Below are positions 58,268 to 64,000 of a stretch of 64,000 nt of DNA, piece by piece. Made by a program: the position numbers and the translations under genes. Origin of the DNA: an uncultured Bacteroidaceae bacterium (GTDB taxonomy: Bacteria > Bacillota > Clostridia > Christensenellales > CAG-917); contig CAZJZV010000002.1 in assembly GCA_964550635.1 (NCBI GenBank), positions 48,502 through 112,501 of the forward strand, written 5' to 3'. The notes under the pieces were generated by a model. It ran no database searches and was not told the origin of the DNA. It saw nothing but the letters and a program-made list of their open reading frames with translations. Every line of letters starts with the position of its first letter. Position 1 is the stretch's first letter.

Positions 58268-58833
58268 AAACCTCAACGAAGAAAATCGCACTCTCGGGAA
58301 TTATGCTTGCGCTTGCGCTCATCCTGTCCATCGTCGAGAGTTATATCCCGCCTATCGTGCCAATGTTGCCGTATGCAAAAATCGGACTAACCAACGTAGT
58401 GCTACTTGCTTGTTTCCTGCTCGTCGGTGTGTTTGAAGGCTATGCGGTGTTGCTTTTGAAGTGCCTGCTTGCCGCGGTGTTTGCGGGCAACTTCTCAATG
58501 CTCATATGGTCTGTGCCGTCCTCCCTTGTCGCATACACCGTTATGGTGCTCCTATTCAAGACCAAAATTTTCTCGACGGTCGGACTGTCCGTTGCGGGGG
58601 GTATGCTCCACAACTTCACGCAAATTCTCGTTGCGACGATAGTCGTCGGAACGTCCGTGTTTTTCTATCTGCCGTATATGCTCCTTGCGGGCGGTATAGC
58701 AGGATTTGCGACGGGAATAATATGCCACTTCGCAGTTGAAGGTTTGAAACCGAAACTCACGAAACCCGAAACCGCCGACGACACGGATGACGAAACCGTC
58801 CCCGACGAAACCGATGAAAGCGACGAAAAATAA
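58264..58833 (+). CDS. Gx transporter family protein (heptaprenyl-diphosphate-synthase component I-like)
   Basis: KIALSGIMLALALILSIVESYIPP..., polytopic with an acidic tail. Its start overlaps the upstream stop. Confidence 0.75.
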   Translation: MKTSTKKIALSGIMLALALILSIVESYIPPIVPMLPYAKIGLTNVVLLACFLLVGVFEGYAVLLLKCLLAAVFAGNFSMLIWSVPSSLVAYTVMVLLFKTKIFSTVGLSVAGGMLHNFTQILVATIVVGTSVFFYLPYMLLAGGIAGFATGIICHFAVEGLKPKLTKPETADDTDDETVPDETDESDEK

Positions 58834-58874
58834 TAACTCCAAAGAAACCGAAATCCAAACCAAATTTTGAAATA

Positions 58875-58906
58875 AAAAACGGGAAGAGAACTCTTCCCGT
58901 TTTGTG
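58875..58906. terminator. Bidirectional terminator
   Basis: AAAAAACGGGAAGAG-aa-CTCTTCCCGTTTT. Confidence 0.85.
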
Positions 58907-58917
58907 TGTGGTGAAGT

Positions 58918-59448
58918 TTAGCCGAATAGGAATACGCCGAGAGATGAGAACAACCACATCACGAGTCCTGCGAAAAATCCGACTATCGCGAAGAAGAAGG
59001 AGAGTCTTGCAAGTCCTTTGTGGGTGTTTGCGCCGGCGACCGAGAGAATCACTCCGACAAACGAAGTCGAAAGCGCAACCGACGAGAATATCTTCGTGAG
59101 AGAAGCGGTGGTTTGATTTTCGGGGACCATGCCTTCCATATTGAAGAAGAGCATAAACACGGAGAGTGCCGCGAAAACGAATGCGACGGTGGTGAGTCCG
59201 AGTCCCACGAAAAGCACTATTGCGCGTGCTTTCATATTTGAATACACTTGATTTTGGTCTACCATTTTTTTATTCTTACGCTTCTTTTTGTCGTTCGACT
59301 TGTTTTGTGAATCCGCTTTTGGTGCGTCTTCAACAGGGAAAACGTCGCCGTACGAATCGTCTGCAAAGACGTCGTCGACGGTGGTTTCTTCCGTCGTGTT
59401 CACCGCGGTTTCGTTGATATTGTTTTCTTCGCTTAAGTTACTACTCAT
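58918..59448 (-). CDS. Hypothetical membrane protein (acidic/Lys-rich N-terminus, 3-4 TM helices)
   Basis: 176-aa ORF with an ATG start. No family recognised. Confidence 0.5.
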   Translation of the reverse strand: MSSNLSEENNINETAVNTTEETTVDDVFADDSYGDVFPVEDAPKADSQNKSNDKKKRKNKKMVDQNQVYSNMKARAIVLFVGLGLTTVAFVFAALSVFMLFFNMEGMVPENQTTASLTKIFSSVALSTSFVGVILSVAGANTHKGLARLSFFFAIVGFFAGLVMWLFSSLGVFLFG

Positions 59449-59506
59449 ATTCTTATTTTAATATGTAGCACGGCGATTGTCAACAAAGAATGTGAAAACC
59501 TTCGAT

Positions 59507-60805
59507 TTAGGTTTGGTAGGTGCAGGAGTAGACGTCGAAGCCCCCGAAAGACGCGCGAGTGATACCGCTTGACGACGATGACGAAAACAGGATTTTCACA
59601 CCGTTTTGGGCGGGCAAAATCAAGGGAGAAATCACGCTTTCGGGAAGGGTGGCAAGCACCCCGTTTTCTGTCGATAGCAAAGAGAAATTGTCACCGTTTT
59701 TCGCGATGAAAATCAATGAGTTTTTGCCACGAAGGAAGGCGGAAACATCGTCGAAAACAAAAGGAGTTTCGGCGATTGAAATCAGGTCGAGATGCTTGCA
59801 AAACGTGAGAGTTTTTCCGTTTGCGACAAGGTCGAAACTGTCTCCGTTGCCGATTATCACACCGCTTGAAACACCGTCTACCGCCTTTCTTTCTTGCAAT
59901 GAAAAGTCGTTTGACAGGGTGGAAAGGACAAGCCCTTTTTCACCTTTCAAGAGCAACGTGAGTTTCGAGTCGGTCAAACCGCCAACGCTTTCAATTTGCA
60001 GTAACGAAAGTTTATCAAGCGAAAATGCAGCGCTAAAACCCGAATTTAGTTCAAAACTATATCCATATACGTTTTCATCAGACGAGGTTATCACGAGATA
60101 TTTACCGCCCGAAAACACCACCTTGTCTATCGACGTGCCTTTCGTTTTCACAACGTAGGGTGAGCGTTGCTCTTTCACCGAGTTGAGATATTCAGCGAAG
60201 TGCAAATATCCGTCCGCAAGCGAAAAGGAAGTGAGTGTATTTCCATGAAGATAGAATGAAAAATCGTCTGCATACGGAAGCGTAGTTTTTGCACTCAATT
60301 CACCGCTCAAAGAAAAGACGGACAGGGTGAGATTTTCGCTCTCTTTCGTGGCAAGCGCAACACCCTTTTCGGAGAGTTTTGAGTCAAGGTATTCGCCGTC
60401 CGAAATCTTGTCAACGAATTGCAATTCATCGTCCTTGAAAAACGCAAGGTTCAGACCTTTTTCGCGTAGATCGTATTCGACGGAGTCGGAGTTGAAAAAC
60501 ACGAAATTCACGTTTCCGACCGCGACCGCACCTTTGAAAAAATCGTCGCTTTCACCGCCTACGTGAGATACCGTCGCGCCGTTGATTGTTTCCGCTTTTC
60601 TGGGTAGCGTCGTGTAAAAAGGTACGTGCGGTGGGGTGGGTTGCTGGACTTCGCTATCCGCGGTGGCATCGTCCGTTTTTTCGACTGCGTCCGCCGTGCC
60701 GTCCGCATTTTTGAATACCGCGTCGTAGAGAAGATAACTCCCGACCGCTACCGTCAGAAGTAGGACTATGGCAAGCCATTTTGCTACGGTTTTTTGTTTG
60801 AGCAT
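59507..60805 (-). CDS. Hypothetical N-terminally anchored extracytoplasmic protein
   Basis: 432 aa. TM segment KWLAIVLLLTVAVGSYLLY. RBS GAGGTG. Overlaps the murG 3' end by 22 nt. Confidence 0.6.
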   Translation of the reverse strand: MLKQKTVAKWLAIVLLLTVAVGSYLLYDAVFKNADGTADAVEKTDDATADSEVQQPTPPHVPFYTTLPRKAETINGATVSHVGGESDDFFKGAVAVGNVNFVFFNSDSVEYDLREKGLNLAFFKDDELQFVDKISDGEYLDSKLSEKGVALATKESENLTLSVFSLSGELSAKTTLPYADDFSFYLHGNTLTSFSLADGYLHFAEYLNSVKEQRSPYVVKTKGTSIDKVVFSGGKYLVITSSDENVYGYSFELNSGFSAAFSLDKLSLLQIESVGGLTDSKLTLLLKGEKGLVLSTLSNDFSLQERKAVDGVSSGVIIGNGDSFDLVANGKTLTFCKHLDLISIAETPFVFDDVSAFLRGKNSLIFIAKNGDNFSLLSTENGVLATLPESVISPLILPAQNGVKILFSSSSSSGITRASFGGFDVYSCTYQT

Positions 60806-61821
60806 AATTCACCTCGCCTTATGCTATCACGAATTATGCCGAGAATTTTTCCGTTGGTGTCGGTTGCGATACTTCGCATAGGCGGGGAGTGTAGGGCGGA
60901 TGATATTGCGCTTGGCAGGACGGATATATCTTCTTGCAACACCACAAACCCGCCGTATTCTATTGCGACGTCCGCATTCAAGAGTTGGTCGCCGCGGGAG
61001 GCGGTTTTGGGCAGGGGTACGAAAATCACGCGCTTTTTGAGAGCGGACAACTCGTATAGTGCGGTTGCGCCCGCCCTTGACACAACGACGTCCGCGGTTG
61101 CGTAGACGGACGGCATATCGTCGGAGTATTCGACCGTGTGGTAGTTTTCGCGGGTAGGGGGATTGTAGCCTTTCCCTGTGATATGGAAAACGAAATACTT
61201 TTCGGTGAGAGCGGTGAGATTTTCAAAGACGAAATCATTGAGTGCTTTTGCCCCTGACGATCCGCCTACGACGAGAAGTACGGGTTTGTCCGCGTGCAGT
61301 TGTTTTTTCATGCTCTTTCCCGAAAACAATTCTTTTCGTAGTGGCATACCCACGTATTCGCCGTCCGTAGATTTAGGGTTGGCGGTCAGGATTTTCGCAC
61401 CGAGCATTTTACCTATTTTGTTTGATAGTCCGAGAGTCAAATCGGATTCGTGGCACATGACGGGGATTTTCATCTCTCTTGCCGCTATGACGATCGGGAG
61501 TGCTACGTAACCGCCTTTTGAAAAGACGACGGACGGTTTCACTTCTTTGAGAATTTTTCTGCTTTCGGAAATCGCGGACGAAAGCACGAAAGGAATTGAC
61601 AGATTGTTCGCAATCGCTCCCATTGAAAAGGAGCGGGAGAGTTTCACGCTCTTGACCGCGTGATATTCGACTCCTAGGTCTTTGCATAGTCGCTTTTCAA
61701 GGGTGTCGCCCTTTCCGCCTGCGTACACGACCTTATATTCTTGTTGCAAATCGGGGATGAGTGCGACGTTCGGATAGACGTGTCCGCCCGTCCCGCCGCC
61801 TGTGAGAAGGATAGTTTTCAT
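60784..61821 (-). CDS. murG: Undecaprenyldiphospho-muramoylpentapeptide beta-N-acetylglucosaminyltransferase
   Basis: LLTGGGTGGHVYPNVAL and GGSSGA motifs. Confidence 0.9.
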   Translation of the reverse strand: MKTILLTGGGTGGHVYPNVALIPDLQQEYKVVYAGGKGDTLEKRLCKDLGVEYHAVKSVKLSRSFSMGAIANNLSIPFVLSSAISESRKILKEVKPSVVFSKGGYVALPIVIAAREMKIPVMCHESDLTLGLSNKIGKMLGAKILTANPKSTDGEYVGMPLRKELFSGKSMKKQLHADKPVLLVVGGSSGAKALNDFVFENLTALTEKYFVFHITGKGYNPPTRENYHTVEYSDDMPSVYATADVVVSRAGATALYELSALKKRVIFVPLPKTASRGDQLLNADVAIEYGGFVVLQEDISVLPSAISSALHSPPMRSIATDTNGKILGIIRDSIRRGELCSNKKP

Positions 61822-61972
61822 TCTTCATATTATGCCCAAAAGCGAGAGAAGTTTACTTATTCCGCATTAAAATTCGGCGGAAGAAAAGTTCGGTATTGAT
61901 TTTTGAAATCGGCTGTGATAAGATTATCAACAGTATGAATAAGGTGCGCACTCGCACGTTTAGGAGAATTAT

Positions 61973-62896
61973 ATGAAACCCGAAAAATTCAAAAGTTTTG
62001 ATGGAACAGTGCTTCAATGCTATCTTTGGAACGACGTGAAAAACCCCAAAGGCGTGGTTCAAATCTCTCACGGAATGGCGGAACACGCTCGCAGATACGA
62101 TAATTTCGCAACATATCTCAACAAGAACGGCTATATCGTTTTCGCAGACGACCACCGCGCTCACGGTCAAACGTCCACGAAGCAGAGCAGTAAAGGCGTG
62201 AAAGGCTATCACAAGGGCGATATTTATTTCGACACCGTCCAAGACGAAGTCGCAATCACCGCATATCTCAAAGAAAAGTACGGTCTTCCCGTGATTCTTC
62301 TCGGACACAGCTACGGCAGTTTCGTCGCACAACGCTATCTCGAACTCGACAACGAAGCGGACGGCGTAATTTTGTCGGGCTCGGCGCGTATGGACGCCGC
62401 TATCCTTGCGGGCGGTGCGGCAATCAGCAAATTGCAATACAAACTCCACGGCGGAGAAAAGACCGCAAACCTTCTCGATAAACTCAGTTTCGGCAATTAC
62501 AACAAGCCTTTCAAGGCGGATAAGACGGATTTCGCTTGGTTGTCCAGAGACAAAGAACAAGTCAAGAAGTACATATTCGACGAACAATGCGGATACGTTA
62601 TGTCAATCGCATTCTTCAACTTCTTCTTGAACGGACTCAAACAAGCGTACAAATCCGAAAACCTTGCAAAAGTCAACAAGGATAAACCTATCGGCATTTT
62701 CTCGGGCGACTGCGACCCCGTCGGCGGAAAGAAAGGCAAATTCGTCACCGCGCTTTACGAGCAATATAAAGGACTCGGCGTGAAAAACGTGACCGTGAAA
62801 CTCTATCCCGAAGCGCGCCACGAGATTTTGAACGAAATCAACAACGCAGAAGTCTACGCGGACTTCCTTGCAAGAATCAACGAAATGGTAAAATAA
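61973..62896 (+). CDS. Alpha/beta hydrolase (lysophospholipase/monoacylglycerol-lipase-like)
   Basis: ISHGMAEHARRYD and the GHSYGS nucleophile elbow. Confidence 0.8.
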   Translation: MKPEKFKSFDGTVLQCYLWNDVKNPKGVVQISHGMAEHARRYDNFATYLNKNGYIVFADDHRAHGQTSTKQSSKGVKGYHKGDIYFDTVQDEVAITAYLKEKYGLPVILLGHSYGSFVAQRYLELDNEADGVILSGSARMDAAILAGGAAISKLQYKLHGGEKTANLLDKLSFGNYNKPFKADKTDFAWLSRDKEQVKKYIFDEQCGYVMSIAFFNFFLNGLKQAYKSENLAKVNKDKPIGIFSGDCDPVGGKKGKFVTALYEQYKGLGVKNVTVKLYPEARHEILNEINNAEVYADFLARINEMVK

Positions 62897-62935
62897 TCGG
62901 TTAGAATATCAAAAAGTCAACAACTGAAAATCCAA

Positions 62936-62970
62936 TTAACGCTCTCGAAAACGGGAGCGTTAAATTTTTT
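62936..62970 (+). terminator. Intrinsic terminator
   Basis: TTAACGCTC-10nt-GAGCGTTAA followed by ATTTTTT. Confidence 0.75.
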
Positions 62971-62991
62971 CATTTTGTGCGTCGATGACGC

Positions 62992-63020
62992 TTGAAATCC
63001 ACAATATATTGTGATATAAT
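62992..63020 (+). promoter_or_regulatory. Promoter of the topoisomerase B-subunit gene
   Basis: TTGAAA, 17 nt, TGaTATAAT (extended -10). Confidence 0.6.
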
Positions 63021-63084
63021 AGTGTCATTATTGTATTTATTATATATCGCGCTCACGTAGCACGGTTTAAGAAAGGACGGAAAA

Positions 63085-64000
63085 ATGGCAATTCAAAAGT
63101 ACACTGCCGGCGACATCAAGATTTTGGAAGGACTTGACGCCGTAAGAAAACGCCCCGGAATGTATATAGGTACGACGGGCAACAAAGGTCTTCATCATAT
63201 TCTTTGGGAAATCATCGACAACAGCGTCGACGAAGTCGCAAACGGCTTTGGCGACACCGTCAAAATCGAACTCCTCGACAACTGCGTCGCAAGAGTAAGC
63301 GACAACGGCAGAGGTATGCCCGTAGACAAACATCCTAAACTCAAAATTAGCGGTGTTGAAGTCATATTCACCCAACTCCACGCAGGCGCGAAATTCGACA
63401 ACGACCAATATTCGTTTTCGGGCGGTCTGCACGGCGTGGGCGCAAGCGTAACCAACGCTCTTTCCGAATGGCTCAAAGTCGAAGTCATGCGGGACGGCAA
63501 TCTTTACCGCGCGGAATTTCATTCCCCTGAGGTGGGCAACGGCAAGATAAAAAGTGGTGCGGTGAAAACTCCGCTCACTCTCGTCGGAAAGACCAAAGGA
63601 CAAGGCTCCGTCGTCACTTTCAAACCCGACGAAAGAGTTTTTGGACAAGAGAAATTCAACTACTCTATCATTGCCGAAAGAATGCGCGACGTTGCCTATC
63701 TCAACAAGGGTATGACCATCATCATTCAGGACTTGCGCATACCCCTTGACGGCGGTACGGAGAAAACGGACGTCTTCTGTTTCAAGGGCGGTATTGCGGA
63801 CTACGTGCAATATCTCAACGAAGGCAAAAACGTGCTTTACGACAAACCCTTGTACGTCGAAGCGAAAGAGAAAAATTTTGAAGTTGCGGTCGCAATTCAA
63901 CATACGGACGGCTATTCGGAGAGTATTTATAGCTACGTCAACAGCATTCCTACCGCGGAGGGCGGTACTCACGAAGTCGGCTTCAAGAGCGCGGTCACGA
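63085..64000 (+). CDS. Type IIA topoisomerase subunit B (GyrB or ParE), 3'-truncated by the window end
   Basis: Manual translation: MAIQKYTAGDIKILEGLDAVRKRPGMYIGTTG...LHHILWEIIDNSVDE...GGLHGVGASV. The frame is open to base 64000, so it is absent from the ORF track. Confidence 0.9.
   Translation, partial: MAIQKYTAGDIKILEGLDAVRKRPGMYIGTTGNKGLHHILWEIIDNSVDEVANGFGDTVKIELLDNCVARVSDNGRGMPVDKHPKLKISGVEVIFTQLHAGAKFDNDQYSFSGGLHGVGASVTNALSEWLKVEVMRDGNLYRAEFHSPEVGNGKIKSGAVKTPLTLVGKTKGQGSVVTFKPDERVFGQEKFNYSIIAERMRDVAYLNKGMTIIIQDLRIPLDGGTEKTDVFCFKGGIADYVQYLNEGKNVLYDKPLYVEAKEKNFEVAVAIQHTDGYSESIYSYVNSIPTAEGGTHEVGFKSAVT

Overview
This is a 64-kb chromosomal segment that looks like a moderate-GC, anaerobic Firmicutes/Clostridia-type genome. 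Supporting signs are Bacillus-like synteny (dnaG-sigA-trmK-nif3 and infC-rpmI-rplT-trmH), two rubrerythrins, NifS/NifU, Shine-Dalgarno GGAGG sites and TTGACA-17-TATAAT promoters. All calls come from reading the ORF translations and the DNA by eye; no database or covariance-model search was run.

Most of the window is housekeeping:
- an xpt plus BMP-type nucleoside ABC importer operon
- an M18 aminopeptidase
- a P-type Ca/Mn ATPase behind a probable yybP-ykoY riboswitch
- a csoR-copA copper operon with its operator
- a GH2 beta-galactosidase, thrS, proA, nifS-nifU, degV, murG and a partial gyrB/parE
- an apbE/NusG_II/Gx-transporter cluster
- three tRNAs: Ser-CGA, and an Ala-UGC/Ile-GAU pair

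The outstanding accessory locus is a TetR gene directly followed by an 11-kb gene. That gene encodes a 3,678-aa secreted, C-terminally membrane-anchored protein with GGTF-type beta-helix repeats. A recurring Cys/His knuckle motif punctuates the repeats, and an exactly 20-bp-periodic 14-unit repeat array lies upstream.

The intergenic DNA is unusually structured:
- a 180-bp tandem element carrying pseudo tRNA 3' ends after tRNA-Ser
- two arrays of mini-hairpins whose stems differ but stay complementary, separated by conserved linker words (TGATTACATA; ATATGATATAT)
- a dispersed GTGATATTGCT word that sits beside terminators

Other points worth a look are a copA ORF fused in frame to a CopZ-like domain that keeps its own SD+ATG, an untracked 47-aa Cys/Lys/Ser-rich peptide gene, a standalone FtsK-gamma-like protein and a macro-HTH fusion next to a vWA protein. 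No CRISPR array, integrase, transposase or prophage was seen. The many long antisense ORFs are judged to be codon-bias shadows.
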